IMG/VR virus record: IMGVR_UViG_3300025030_000074
Span: 1 to 64,000 of that record
DNA length: 64,000 nt
Reading direction: 5' to 3' (one strand)
Source: a virus
Each line of letters starts with the position of its first letter. Position 1 is the first letter of the stretch. The notes beneath the pieces were generated by a model, which saw only the letters and a program-made list of their open reading frames with translations, ran no database searches and had not been told where the DNA came from. Position numbers and translations under genes: made by a program. This document shows positions 1-11,820 of the stretch, in pieces.

Positions 1-218
1 TAATTCTTTATAAGAGCCCTTAAGTCATCTCGCCTTTTTTGATCTTCCTCTAAACCTGTACCCTTTGGATTAGTTCTATACGCTCTCTGTTCAATAAACT
101 CCTCTTGTGCATTATTAAGTAAAGTATCTATTTCCTCAGCTGTAAATCCAGGAGCATTTAAGGAAAGGACTTTGTCCAAACCAATTCGAAACTCCAAATG
201 TAACTGAGATACCGTCAT
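1..218 (-). CDS. crAss-type tail ring (adaptor) protein, 5' part; runs off the window
   Basis: Not in the ORF track. Manual translation gives MTVSQLHLEFRIGLDKVLSLNAPGFTAEEIDTLLNNAQEEF...GLEEDQKRRDDL, which resembles the N-terminus of crAss ring proteins. Confidence 0.7.
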   Translation of the reverse strand, partial: MTVSQLHLEFRIGLDKVLSLNAPGFTAEEIDTLLNNAQEEFIEQRAYRTNPKGTGLEEDQKRRDDLRALIKN

Positions 219-221
219 CAA

Positions 222-1481
222 TTATCTTTTTTTACCGCAAGAATTACAGTTGCTACTTTCACATAAATTCGAAAGAGTAGTATTAATACTTTTAGCCCTT
301 GACCTGTTTCCTACATTAGCAGCATATTTTAATGCTTGTAACATAGTAAAAGCAAACAATGCTCTATCAGTTATTAAATCATTGCAATTACAATCCTTTT
401 CAGGTATATCTGAAATCATATCGGAAACGCAACATCTATTTTGGCAATATAGTAAAAACTCTCTGTAAACAATTTCTGTAAAAGCTGTTCCTCCTCCGTT
501 ACCGCTTATAACGTATTTAAGTATTAAAGTTCCATCAGAAAACTTTGTTCCTTTTACTCCTCCATCTACATCAGAAGTATCTATTGTAAATTGAGTATCC
601 GTTATGTTAGGCAAAATAGAGTAAACATTAATTACGTTATTATGAATAGTAATAGTATCACTTCCAACACTTGTCAAGTTTATTGCTGTTCCTGCAGTAG
701 CATTAGCAGCAGAAGATGCTAAAGAAAAGGTGTTGGTATCTACAGCTATTATGTAATATATTCTATCTTCTACCAAACCTCCAGGAAGAGTAGAAGGATT
801 ATTTTCTGATTCTAATACTACCTGATCTCTTACTAAAAAACCATGTCCAGTTAAAGTTATTCTATCAGTAGTTATGTTAACAACAGTTGCAAGACCTTCA
901 AAAGTCTTATGTGTATAAGTTACTCCAGGCAGCTCATAATGAACATAAGCACTAGTTACATCGCCTATACCCACACCAGTCCAAGTACCTGCTTGCACTA
1001 CTGAAAAAGTGAATCCCGTATTAGCAGGAGCAGTTCCGTCAGAAGCAGCAAGAACTCCACCAGTTTGTACGTTAGTTATGTCTATCCTATCTGCAACAGA
1101 TGTTGACGTAAAACCTCTATCTCCAGAAACCCAAGCAGTAAAAGCATTTATAGAAATTACTGTTTGTGCTGCCACATTAGTAGCACTCATGAGAGCAGTT
1201 ACACCTGTTACTTCTATTCCAGTAGAGTTTGCGGGAGCAGGATCAGGTGTACCAACATTACCCACATCATACCACACATGATAAGTAGTTTGAGGAGTTC
1301 TTACAAAGAAGTAATCACCATTCAGAGTAAGCTCCGCATTAGTCTGTACCCTTTGTATAGAAGGTAAATTCGTAGTACGGTATCCAGAAGTATTTGATGT
1401 TGCAGAATATATTCCGGTTTCGTCAGATAATCCAATCCGGCTGCAGTTCTCTGATTGACAAATGTTAATATCAAGACTCAT
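222..1481 (-). CDS. virion structural protein (tail hub-like, Cys-rich C-terminus, inserted beta domains)
   Basis: 419 aa in the structural block. C-terminal CQNRCC...CNC...CNSC. Contains a DRITxxxHG...LPxGL domain also present in 1564..2280. Confidence 0.55.
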   Translation of the reverse strand: MSLDINICQSENCSRIGLSDETGIYSATSNTSGYRTTNLPSIQRVQTNAELTLNGDYFFVRTPQTTYHVWYDVGNVGTPDPAPANSTGIEVTGVTALMSATNVAAQTVISINAFTAWVSGDRGFTSTSVADRIDITNVQTGGVLAASDGTAPANTGFTFSVVQAGTWTGVGIGDVTSAYVHYELPGVTYTHKTFEGLATVVNITTDRITLTGHGFLVRDQVVLESENNPSTLPGGLVEDRIYYIIAVDTNTFSLASSAANATAGTAINLTSVGSDTITIHNNVINVYSILPNITDTQFTIDTSDVDGGVKGTKFSDGTLILKYVISGNGGGTAFTEIVYREFLLYCQNRCCVSDMISDIPEKDCNCNDLITDRALFAFTMLQALKYAANVGNRSRAKSINTTLSNLCESSNCNSCGKKR

Positions 1482-1498
1482 TACTTAATTTTTTATTC

Positions 1499-1536
1499 AA
1501 AAAAAAAACGGAAACGGATTTGGTTCCGCTTCCGCT
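1499..1536 (-). terminator. Rho-independent terminator
   Basis: Minus strand reads GCGGAAGCGGA-ACCAAA-TCCGTTTCCGT followed by a long T run. Confidence 0.8.
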
Positions 1537-1563
1537 TCTTTGATTTAGTTTATTTTATGTTAC

Positions 1564-2280
1564 CTATGCTGATGTGAATGATACATAGTAATCTATGATG
1601 ATATTTGCTTCTCCCACCCTTACAACTTCACCATTGTCTTCTAGTGATACTGCTAACCAAGTATCATCAGTTGGTTTAACATCATCATCTACAGTTGCAA
1701 AGTCTGGAATCACAAGCGCATCTAGAGATCCTACTCCAGCATCCCAACCATTAGCACCATTACTAATTGTAGCAGTTGCATCAGTTTCGTCCATAATAGA
1801 TACAGACTGGGCAATAACCCTTGCTCCAGATATTGTTATAAGTTCAAGACCTATAGCAGCGGCATCAACAGCTGCTCCATCACTGGTTGCTGCTGAATCA
1901 AAGGTAGTGATAACATCATAACTTACATTTCTTATAACACCGTTTAAAGGAAATGGTTGTAACAACACTCTTCCTATACCTCCTACATATAGAGTTTGTG
2001 TTCCCACTCCAACAGATGTAATATTAACTGCAGTACCTGCAAAAGCATCCGCATAACTTGCTGCTAAAGATATTGTAGAAGCATCTACTACAATAACATT
2101 GTAAGGAGTTGTAACTGCTAATCCCGCAGGAATAGTTCCTGCTGCAGTGGGTGCAATACCTATTGCATCCCCAACTCTTAATCCGTGATTTGCAACAGTA
2201 ATTCTATCGTTTGCGATATCTACATCTGCAGCTGTAAAGGTAAGAGATGTAATTCTATAATTTGCTTTTAGTTGAGCCAT
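1564..2280 (-). CDS. virion decoration/fibre-like protein
   Basis: Ala/Thr/Val-rich, in the structural block, with a beta domain shared with 222..1481. Confidence 0.55.
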   Translation of the reverse strand: MAQLKANYRITSLTFTAADVDIANDRITVANHGLRVGDAIGIAPTAAGTIPAGLAVTTPYNVIVVDASTISLAASYADAFAGTAVNITSVGVGTQTLYVGGIGRVLLQPFPLNGVIRNVSYDVITTFDSAATSDGAAVDAAAIGLELITISGARVIAQSVSIMDETDATATISNGANGWDAGVGSLDALVIPDFATVDDDVKPTDDTWLAVSLEDNGEVVRVGEANIIIDYYVSFTSA

Positions 2281-2299
2281 TTTATTATAATTTTAAAAG

Positions 2300-3538
2300 T
2301 TAAACAACAACACCTGCAAAAGCCTTAGGCGTTGAAGCCATCCAAGGATTTAACTGTGCTAAAATATTAGTAGTCTGAGCAGCTCCATCAGGAATTGCTA
2401 ATAAACATTGATTCTTTGAAGGTTTAGTACCTGATATGATATGGCCGTCACTCTTGTCGAACCATTCAATAGATACAACATCGTAAGTTTCACCCGCATC
2501 AGCAGCCGCCCGTAGAACCGGAGCAGAATCTCCAACCCTGTCTATGATACCATCAAATCCTTGTGCATAATATTCAAGTTCAGCAATCTGTTCGTAAGTT
2601 CCTCTTCCTCTTGCAGCTTCTCGTGTAGCAGTAACCACAGTATCACCAAAGTTACCTAAAGATACTTCAAATACAACTCTCTGATATTTGAATTTTCCTA
2701 CAGAGTTTGCATTAAAAGTATAAACTACTCCGGTTAGTTGAAGACCAAATAAAGCAGCAGTAGCTAAAGCAGCAGTAATATACTCATAAGCTGTTCCTGT
2801 TGAGCTTGCCCCTTCATAAGGTTGGTCAAAAGTTACTACTAAACCTGATACTGAAAGTACTCGGTAAACAGGATCAGTTAAAGCTGTTCCTATCCTTACA
2901 TAAGCACCTACAACAACGTTTGCGTCAGCGGCAGCTAAAGTAGCAGCAGCAGAGGCATTTGTCAAAGTAAGAGTACTTCCCCCAGCTACACCCGCATCAT
3001 TGCAAAGACGTTCCACCTGTACATCTGCGGAAGTATCTGCACCTATAAGAACAGCAAAGTTCCTTGCTACCTCCTCTGCGGTTGCAGAAGCGTCCGAAGT
3101 AAAGTAATAAGATTTGGTATTATTCCTTTGAGACCACATCTCTTTGTCATGCTTATAGGTTATCCTTAAAGTATAATCATTGTCATTGATATTATCAATA
3201 TCAAGAACACCTGAACCTATATATCCTACATGATGTCTTTGGTTTTGAGGAGCAGAATAGCTTTGTCCTGTAAAGGAAACCACATTCTGACCATCAATAC
3301 GAAGAGATCTTACTAATTCAGATGAACTAGCAGTTGCACCATTTCTTTGAACTATCCTTATAAAAGGAGAATCGGAAACAGTGGAACCCGAAGCAAGTAC
3401 AGCATCGGTACTGTCTAATACTACTATCTCTCCATCTGCCAGATACGAGGCAGAGGAACGATCATTAACTACGACACTCGCTGTCCTTGCTATATCTTCT
3501 CCTATTAAAAGGTTAACTGGATAATCTGATTTAAACAT
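2300..3538 (-). CDS. probable auxiliary (minor) capsid protein
   Basis: 412 aa, downstream of the MCP. The C-terminal GxGTYEQIAELEYYAQG...YD pattern is like crAss auxiliary capsid proteins. Confidence 0.6.
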   Translation of the reverse strand: MFKSDYPVNLLIGEDIARTASVVVNDRSSASYLADGEIVVLDSTDAVLASGSTVSDSPFIRIVQRNGATASSSELVRSLRIDGQNVVSFTGQSYSAPQNQRHHVGYIGSGVLDIDNINDNDYTLRITYKHDKEMWSQRNNTKSYYFTSDASATAEEVARNFAVLIGADTSADVQVERLCNDAGVAGGSTLTLTNASAAATLAAADANVVVGAYVRIGTALTDPVYRVLSVSGLVVTFDQPYEGASSTGTAYEYITAALATAALFGLQLTGVVYTFNANSVGKFKYQRVVFEVSLGNFGDTVVTATREAARGRGTYEQIAELEYYAQGFDGIIDRVGDSAPVLRAAADAGETYDVVSIEWFDKSDGHIISGTKPSKNQCLLAIPDGAAQTTNILAQLNPWMASTPKAFAGVVV

Positions 3539-3553
3539 GTTATTTAGTTTTTG

Positions 3554-3787
3554 TTACTTGTTATCTTTACTTAAAAAATTTTTTAACTTTTCAACCAGCG
3601 AATTTTCAAAGGTTATTATTGAAGCTAATCCTTGTCGGTCTTTTGTTGATGCCTGAATCGCTAAGTCGAATACTATTTTCAGGTTTGTAATATCGTTTTT
3701 TGTAATTTGAAATTCTGCAGAAGTTACCACTTCTAAAGTTCCATTATCTTTTTCTTTACCTTCTTTTTCTTTTTCTAATACTTTCAT
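3554..3787 (-). CDS. hypothetical protein
   Basis: 77-aa ORF tightly packed in the operon. Confidence 0.55.
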   Translation of the reverse strand: MKVLEKEKEGKEKDNGTLEVVTSAEFQITKNDITNLKIVFDLAIQASTKDRQGLASIITFENSLVEKLKNFLSKDNK

Positions 3788-3805
3788 TTTTTATTCCCTT
3801 CCTTT

Positions 3806-4609
3806 TTAATTGTTAATAAATTCTTTTGTTACTTCCTCGTCATAAATTTCTACATCAGTAGATTGAGGTTTCGTTTCCTTTAAATATTTTATTGCCTTTT
3901 CCAAAACTTCTATTGAATCTTCAAAACTTCCTAATCCTATATTACACTTGCTACAAAGAACCCCTCTAATTTTTCCTGTTAAATGATCGTGATCTACACA
4001 CATTCTACTACCATCACTATCAACATCTTTTTTACAAATATTGCATTTTTTATTAGATTCTAAAAATAATCTTATAACTTCTTCCGCCTTAGTATTTATA
4101 GAAGGACCTGTGTAACCATATCTTTTTGAACTACTTCGCATGCTAGATATTTTTACGTTAGCCCATGCCTCGGAACCTTTAATATCTTTTCCACCCTTCC
4201 AATTAGAACTCTTTTCACCACATCTTTCTTTTGATAAGTCTATTTTAAGACATCCACAACTTCGGGTATGTCCTATTGAAAGATATTTTCCTACTACCGT
4301 TATATTATTTCCGCAATCACATTTACAAATCCATCTTGCCCTAAACTGATTGCTTCTTTCTGGATGTAACTCTTTTACTAATAATCTACCAAATCTCTTT
4401 CCCTTCAAGTTGTTTATCTTTGTAAAACAACCATAACCACAATATTTATTTTTTTCTCTTAGAAGTTGTGCTGATGAAAATTTGCAATTTTTTCCGCAAT
4501 CACATATACATTCCCAAATTCGATAACCACGTTTGTCTTTTTCTTCTGTAAGTTCTTTTACAGTTAGGTTACCAAATTTTTTACCCCTTAAATCCAACAA
4601 TTTAGCCAT
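3806..4609 (-). CDS. free-standing homing endonuclease (endonuclease VII-type HNH, two N-terminal CDCG repeats)
   Basis: Two GKxFGxLxV...WxCxCDCG repeats. C-terminal CNIC...VDHDH.TGKIRGVLCSKCNxGLG. Confidence 0.9.
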   Translation of the reverse strand: MAKLLDLRGKKFGNLTVKELTEEKDKRGYRIWECICDCGKNCKFSSAQLLREKNKYCGYGCFTKINNLKGKRFGRLLVKELHPERSNQFRARWICKCDCGNNITVVGKYLSIGHTRSCGCLKIDLSKERCGEKSSNWKGGKDIKGSEAWANVKISSMRSSSKRYGYTGPSINTKAEEVIRLFLESNKKCNICKKDVDSDGSRMCVDHDHLTGKIRGVLCSKCNIGLGSFEDSIEVLEKAIKYLKETKPQSTDVEIYDEEVTKEFINN

Positions 4610-4621
4610 AGTTATAAAAAC

Positions 4622-5200
4622 TCAAGCAAGAATCGGAGGCACTCCGGGAGTGGCCGGATTCCAGAGCATAAGTGCAACCCAATCGGTGCCATTAAACTCT
4701 AATAAAGCAGATTCTCCTACTGTTGTAAACGTTATAGTTGTTCCACCTGCTAAATTTGTTGGAGTTAAAACTCCTGAACCACCATCTACTACATGACAAA
4801 TGAACTTTAATTGTCCTCTCATGGTACCATCTGCAAGTGTTAATGCATTTCCAGCTCCTGTTGAAGTAAATGCGGTGTAATGCGTTGTAATATTTATGGC
4901 CCCTGCCCCAGAAAGATTTTGCTGTGCAGCTTCCGGTACAAAGGGAACTACTGTTGAACCTGCTCCTGTTATCCTGCTGCCAGCAAGAATATTCAGAGCA
5001 TTTGAGGTAATGGAAAAATCGTCCGCTCCATTTATTTCTATGTCTATCGTATCATCTGTGGGTGCAGAAATACTAGTGTCACCATCAGCATCCAACACTA
5101 TCGCATCAGCAACACCATTAAGGTCCATTACTCCAGAATCGAAAACCACTCCTTCCACGTTAAAACCACCCGAAGCCGTAGTTACCATTGAAACTGCCAT
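4622..5200 (-). CDS. head fibre/decoration protein
   Basis: Gly/Ala/Thr-rich, with TLADG..GQLK and LTPTNLAGGTTITF motifs typical of phage decoration proteins. Confidence 0.55.
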   Translation of the reverse strand: MAVSMVTTASGGFNVEGVVFDSGVMDLNGVADAIVLDADGDTSISAPTDDTIDIEINGADDFSITSNALNILAGSRITGAGSTVVPFVPEAAQQNLSGAGAINITTHYTAFTSTGAGNALTLADGTMRGQLKFICHVVDGGSGVLTPTNLAGGTTITFTTVGESALLEFNGTDWVALMLWNPATPGVPPILA

Positions 5201-5222
5201 CTTATTCTACTTTAATTTTTTA

Positions 5223-7586
5223 TTATGTTCCGTAAATTCTTACTTTAAACTTACCTGCGGTATATGTTCCGGGAGCGCCTCCGGCACTTCCAACTGCTAA
5301 ATAAAGATATTCATTTGCAGCAGGGACACCTGTTGTTCCTCTTACATCTCCATTAGCCCACGAAGCCCCACGGTCAAGTAAAAGAGTTTCAGTTAAATCT
5401 GTTATCAAATCATTTTCTGTACCGGTAGCTTCAACAGCACTATAAACATTAATATCAGGATCTCCACCAGTCGGAGTTTCTAAACAAACTATTTCTATTG
5501 CTTGTACCGTTCCGTGAATAGCCGCTGTTATTTGCCCAAAATGACAATTTGCTGTTGCGGTTTCCCCAATGATGTCGTTTGCTGTAGTAGAATTAACTAA
5601 ATTAGTTAAATCAAATATAAATTCGTTAATATAAGGTCCTGCAGCACCATGTCTTCCAAAAGGAGCCCATACATCTACTAAAGCACCATCAAAGCCTGTT
5701 CCTACTGTTGGAACACTTTGTGAAAAAGTTAGACTAGTTGCCGTGAGAGTTTGTCCAGCCGCTGCCGTTAAAGTGGGTGTTGAAACAGAAGTATTTCCTG
5801 TAAGAACTGTTCCTGTAATAGCAGCTCCAGAGTTTATTACTACATTAGGAACAAGTTCACTCACACTTCCATCAAGAGTCAACATGTCAGTTAAAACTCC
5901 GTTGAAAACTGTTGAAAAAACAACATCTGAATCTTGGGTACCTCCCTCAGCAACCGTTGTTGCTCTCCATAAAATCCTTGCACTTTCATCTTGATTACCA
6001 GCAGAATCGGATAATTGAAAGCTTATATAAGCATTGTCATTATCCGCAGGAGTAGCTCTATTTCCTTCAAAAACAGCAACTTGCACACTTGCAACATCTT
6101 CAGTTCTTGAAAGTGTTAAGGCAGCTCCTGCATCGGCTCTAGTAATTGAACCATTACCTGCAGTAAGATTAATACTTCCTGTAGTAATAACTATGTTACC
6201 TGCTGTTATGCCAAGTGCGGTTGTTCCAGCACCTCCTGCTATAGTCACAGCTCCATCATCTCCAACAGTAAAATCACTCGCAGCACCATCATTACATTCA
6301 ATATAAAATCCAGTAGTAAGAGTTGCTGTAGTAGCATTTATTCTTAAAGCACTTCCTTCTGTAAGTCCTGTGCCACCTATTACTACAATATCACCTGTAG
6401 TGGCTGCAGCAGCGTTAATATCAACAACACCTACTGAACCTGTATAAATACCTGAAGTACTTACCTCTAAAGCTGCTCCGGTAGTTACAATAGAGTCAAT
6501 TCCGGCAACAACGCCTGCTAACTGCCCACTTGATTGAATATCAAAAGTAGCAGCATTGGTTGTCCCTCCAGTATTAATTCCGGAGTCAGTTAATCTAAAT
6601 AATGATCCTCCATCAATTATTGCAGAACCAGCATGAGTTATTAAAAAGCCTTCTCCACTAGTAATACCATCAAGGGTTGCAAAAATACCAATACCGAGAG
6701 CGTTACTATCATCTTGTAATTGTAAAAGATGTCCAACAGTAGTAGAAGTAGCCGCTCCAGTAGAGACAACTCTCACAGCAGAACCTAAAGTGGAAAGACC
6801 AGCAACTATGTCTAGGACACCCCCAAGAGCAGTAGCGTTAGCTCCTCCTCCAGTTAATTGTGATACCCAGCCATCAGTTAACCCAGTACCACTTGCCCTC
6901 AACAGACCTGTTGAAGTAGTTGCACTATTAGCAGTAAGGCTTAAAACATCTCCAGTAGTAGTAAGAATTCCTGCTCCTGCACTTATTAAAACACGATCAC
7001 CAGTTAAAGAACCTGTACCGGTTATATTTAAAGCTCCACTTGATAGTGTCCAAATACTATTTGTTCCATTAGAAGATAAATCAGATTCAGCACCCGCAGT
7101 TCCCAGTTGAAGAGATACGTTATCATTAAGAACAATATCTCCTGATTCATAAGTAGAAGTTACTGTTCCAGCAGCGCTGGAATTAACATCAAGTACTCTT
7201 GTTAAGACACCTGCTGACATAACAGATATCTCAAAAGAGGAATCCATAGTAGCTGCAGTAACATCATTTGTTACAAATGCTATTCGTCCTGCCTCAACAG
7301 AAACACCTGTATCATCTTGACTAAAAAACCTAAGCCTCATCTCGTCCCCATCAGCTGGAGTAGCACTTACAGTTCTAAAGTCTAACATATTAGCAGTAGC
7401 ACCTCCGTCTTCATTTCTAATAACTAAAGACGTACCTCCAGTAGCAGAAGGAATGATGTATTCATCTACTTCAAGTTTTCCCACACGAAGCCAGCTTAAA
7501 TCTTGCGCCAAGAGAAAGTTATTTCTATCTACGCCTTTTCTCCTATCTGAAATATTTGCTTTTGTATTTGATGTTTTTACAGCCAT
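5223..7586 (-). CDS. long fibre/decoration protein
   Basis: 787 aa, G/A/T-rich beta repeats, with an internally duplicated ATPAD module. Confidence 0.65.
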   Translation of the reverse strand: MAVKTSNTKANISDRRKGVDRNNFLLAQDLSWLRVGKLEVDEYIIPSATGGTSLVIRNEDGGATANMLDFRTVSATPADGDEMRLRFFSQDDTGVSVEAGRIAFVTNDVTAATMDSSFEISVMSAGVLTRVLDVNSSAAGTVTSTYESGDIVLNDNVSLQLGTAGAESDLSSNGTNSIWTLSSGALNITGTGSLTGDRVLISAGAGILTTTGDVLSLTANSATTSTGLLRASGTGLTDGWVSQLTGGGANATALGGVLDIVAGLSTLGSAVRVVSTGAATSTTVGHLLQLQDDSNALGIGIFATLDGITSGEGFLITHAGSAIIDGGSLFRLTDSGINTGGTTNAATFDIQSSGQLAGVVAGIDSIVTTGAALEVSTSGIYTGSVGVVDINAAAATTGDIVVIGGTGLTEGSALRINATTATLTTGFYIECNDGAASDFTVGDDGAVTIAGGAGTTALGITAGNIVITTGSINLTAGNGSITRADAGAALTLSRTEDVASVQVAVFEGNRATPADNDNAYISFQLSDSAGNQDESARILWRATTVAEGGTQDSDVVFSTVFNGVLTDMLTLDGSVSELVPNVVINSGAAITGTVLTGNTSVSTPTLTAAAGQTLTATSLTFSQSVPTVGTGFDGALVDVWAPFGRHGAAGPYINEFIFDLTNLVNSTTANDIIGETATANCHFGQITAAIHGTVQAIEIVCLETPTGGDPDINVYSAVEATGTENDLITDLTETLLLDRGASWANGDVRGTTGVPAANEYLYLAVGSAGGAPGTYTAGKFKVRIYGT

Positions 7587-7595
7587 TCTTAATTT

Positions 7596-8483
7596 TTATT
7601 TACCTGCTTCTAACCTTGCCTTTAAGCTTAATACTACTTCTTGATTTGTTGGATTTGCAAGAAAATCTACGGTATCTTCTAAAGTATATCCTAAGATATC
7701 TCCTCCAGGAAGAGTGTATTTATTACCTCTACCTTTGTTTATGAGCCCTTTATCAAGGCACTTTTTAAAGAAAACCCTTGTCTTGTAGTTTTCACTTTGC
7801 AATAAATCCAGGAACTCTTGTGGTTCCTCTTCAATTATTTGTCCTATTGCAGCTTCTATCATAGAAGCTTTTGTATTTTCGTTAACGGTTACATTACCTG
7901 TCTTATGAGTATGAGACCATACTCTTAAGAAATCCTTTTGTTCTTCAGAACTTAAGTTTCCGTATTTTGAATAGGCGGTTTTCTTAACACTAAATTTCTT
8001 ATTAGCGGAAACCGCTTCTTCCTCTTCAGAAGCCAGCAAGTATCTTGCAAAACCATTTATCAATCTCTCGTCTTCGTCTTTTGCAACTTCTTGGTGGGCA
8101 CATAAAACTCTCCAAGAAAGTTCATCCCAAGGATTTTCTTCAAGATTGAACACCCTTCCACCTTTAGGTATTTCTATCTTAAATTTTCCCCAGAACTCCA
8201 TATTATATCGGGAAAGAGTGCCTTGAGGAAGTTTTTCGGATACACCGGGAAGGTTCAACTTCTTCTCAAGGTCCCTTTCCTGTTTAGGGGTTAACCCTGT
8301 TACTAATTCTTTTGTACCTCTTTTAAACTGTGGACATAAAAACTCTGAAGCCCCAGTAAATCGGTATGCTCCATCGTGATCTTCCGGAACCGGAAGTCCA
8401 CTTCGTCTAATCTGTTTTATACTTACTTTCTTTGGAACCACTTCCCGTTCCAAAATTCCTACTTCTTTGTTTCCTTTTTCCAT
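7596..8483 (-). CDS. conserved crAss-like protein encoded downstream of the MCP
   Basis: 295 aa; position and size match the conserved post-MCP gene of crAss-like phages. Confidence 0.6.
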   Translation of the reverse strand: MEKGNKEVGILEREVVPKKVSIKQIRRSGLPVPEDHDGAYRFTGASEFLCPQFKRGTKELVTGLTPKQERDLEKKLNLPGVSEKLPQGTLSRYNMEFWGKFKIEIPKGGRVFNLEENPWDELSWRVLCAHQEVAKDEDERLINGFARYLLASEEEEAVSANKKFSVKKTAYSKYGNLSSEEQKDFLRVWSHTHKTGNVTVNENTKASMIEAAIGQIIEEEPQEFLDLLQSENYKTRVFFKKCLDKGLINKGRGNKYTLPGGDILGYTLEDTVDFLANPTNQEVVLSLKARLEAGK

Positions 8484-8509
8484 AATTTATTACCTTCCAT
8501 TAATTTATG

Positions 8510-9118
8510 TTATTCTACTTTTTTCCAGATATATCCGTATCTGGAATCTTTAGTGCCTTGTTTAACTAATTTGCCTATCATAGTTCTAGAATAACTTGAT
8601 ATTTTTCCAGCATCAGTCATACTCTTAAACTTTACTACTGTTTTTCCTATTTTTGTATAAACTTCCACTCTATTTTTAGATAACAATCCAATTTTTCTTT
8701 TCCACGCCTCAGATTTCTTTCTTCCTTTTCCAGCAAGGGACATTTTTTTTCTTGTCTCTAAAGATGCCTTTCTTCCAATAGCTTTTTGCCTCATTTTATC
8801 TTTTGTTTCTTCAGAATGATTTCCATTGAAACCACCACTGTTAAGATTTAATCCAAAATTTCTATCTGTAGAATTATACTTGTTTATGTATTTTATTTCA
8901 AGTTCGTTTAACTCCTCTTTTAAGGCCTCTTCTAATACTTCAAACTTGTGAGACTTCCAACCATATTTTTTTAAAGAGTTGTAAAGTCTTGATTGTTTTA
9001 TACAACTTAACTTCTTATATCTTATATATCTTCCTCTTATGTTATAAGACTGCCCAATATAAATTTTATTTGTTGGGCTTGTAATTTTGTAAATACCACA
9101 AATATTTTGATACAGCAT
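8510..9118 (-). CDS. GIY-YIG homing endonuclease with NUMOD3 repeats
   Basis: GIYKIT...IYIGQS, plus HSEETKDKM / SLETRKKMS repeats. Start overlaps the MCP stop (TAATG). Confidence 0.95.
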   Translation of the reverse strand: MLYQNICGIYKITSPTNKIYIGQSYNIRGRYIRYKKLSCIKQSRLYNSLKKYGWKSHKFEVLEEALKEELNELEIKYINKYNSTDRNFGLNLNSGGFNGNHSEETKDKMRQKAIGRKASLETRKKMSLAGKGRKKSEAWKRKIGLLSKNRVEVYTKIGKTVVKFKSMTDAGKISSYSRTMIGKLVKQGTKDSRYGYIWKKVE

Positions 9119-10566
9119 TAACTGGTCGCACTATATATGAGCTCGCCACATGACAAGGGATTCTCCACTATAACTCCCTGTTTCGCCATAGCGTAAATCT
9201 CATAACCATCTACAGCACTTGCAGCTTGAGTTCTAAAACTTGTATTAGGTCCAAAAGGTGAACATGAACCTGGTATATGCCATAGTTTTTCTCGTTCTCC
9301 TTTAGGATATACTCTTCGTATATTTTTCTTTCCACCACTTGTACCAAAGTTTAAAATTGTATAACGATAGTTTTCAGTCATCCCACCATCAGGATGAGGA
9401 ATCCTATTAGTCACAGCATTATCATATTCAGGTAGATGCAAGAGAGTAAACTTAACTCCTTGAGGACCCATATATTCTCTATATTGTCCTTGAAAACCTA
9501 AATTTTGACCTGACCCACTAACTCGTTTTGAGTCAAGGGGCTGGAAACGTGCAACTTCGCTTTCAAGTGCTCGGTGAAATTGAACCATCCCACGTTCACC
9601 TGTTAAAGCTACAAAGTGTCTGCTATCTTCAGGTAAAATATTTATTGAAAGATTTAACAAAACATCTTCTAACCAGGCTATAGTAAAAGAAGTGTAGCTA
9701 AATCTATAGGCGGGAGCTATCTGCTCTCGTATTCCCGAACCTTCTTTAATTTCAAAACCTGAATCATCTTTCATCTTATAAGTACCTTGAGAGGTCTTAT
9801 TAGATGTTGAAAACATCAGATTTCTATTTTTTTCCTGATACCATTGAGACAAAAAAGCCCAATCAGCATATTGTGTCCAGATTTTAGTTTTCTTATTAGA
9901 AGCCGGGTCTATCATGTCAATAACCAAAGGACGATTAATCATGTTCCCAGGAATGACATCTTGCTTCCTAAAAGCACTAAAGCTGTTCCTCATCTTAAAA
10001 GGAGAGGTATAACTTGTTACCCCGCCCCCTTTAGAAAGAGTTTTAGACACAGGGGAGTATTCTTTAGAAAACTCAGCGTTGGCAGCTAATAGGCTAACAG
10101 GCATAAACAAAGCTGGGTCACCAGTCATCAACTCTACAGTATATACCCAATCAGTGCCAGATGCTTCCGGTTCACTCATTACTCTTACAGAATAATCTCT
10201 GTTATCAGAAATTAACTTATCTCTATAAGAAAACCATTTCTCAGGAAAGGTAATAGTAAAAGAACTATTATTTACACCAGGTCTGTTTGTATCAGAAGAT
10301 GAATAGGAAACTACCGGAATTGATTTTTCGTCATCTCCCTTGAGATACCATTCAAAATCTCTGTCATCAGGAAACTCTTCCTCTGCTCCTACATAATTCA
10401 TAATAGCGTCAAGTCCCATTTGGTTATATTGTCCAAATACACGACTCATAACGCTTGAAGCGAGGTAAGGCTGTTCCTGAAAAATTGTTCCCAGGTGATT
10501 ATCGGTAGTTAAACCTGACCAGTCTTTTCCTTGATAAACTTGTAAAGTATTAATTGTTTGTGCCAT
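9118..10566 (-). CDS. major capsid protein (crAss-type HK97 fold)
   Basis: 482 aa after portal and scaffold. WSGLTTDNHL N-terminus, GSGIREQI, and TGERGMVQFHRAL are crAss MCP-like motifs. Confidence 0.9.
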   Translation of the reverse strand: MAQTINTLQVYQGKDWSGLTTDNHLGTIFQEQPYLASSVMSRVFGQYNQMGLDAIMNYVGAEEEFPDDRDFEWYLKGDDEKSIPVVSYSSSDTNRPGVNNSSFTITFPEKWFSYRDKLISDNRDYSVRVMSEPEASGTDWVYTVELMTGDPALFMPVSLLAANAEFSKEYSPVSKTLSKGGGVTSYTSPFKMRNSFSAFRKQDVIPGNMINRPLVIDMIDPASNKKTKIWTQYADWAFLSQWYQEKNRNLMFSTSNKTSQGTYKMKDDSGFEIKEGSGIREQIAPAYRFSYTSFTIAWLEDVLLNLSINILPEDSRHFVALTGERGMVQFHRALESEVARFQPLDSKRVSGSGQNLGFQGQYREYMGPQGVKFTLLHLPEYDNAVTNRIPHPDGGMTENYRYTILNFGTSGGKKNIRRVYPKGEREKLWHIPGSCSPFGPNTSFRTQAASAVDGYEIYAMAKQGVIVENPLSCGELIYSATS

Positions 10567-10611
10567 CTTTTAGTTATTTGATAGAGGCCTCTCTATCGTA
10601 TTATTGGTTTG

Positions 10612-11805
<1,194 letters not shown>

Positions 11806-11820
11806 AATTTGTGTATCCTT

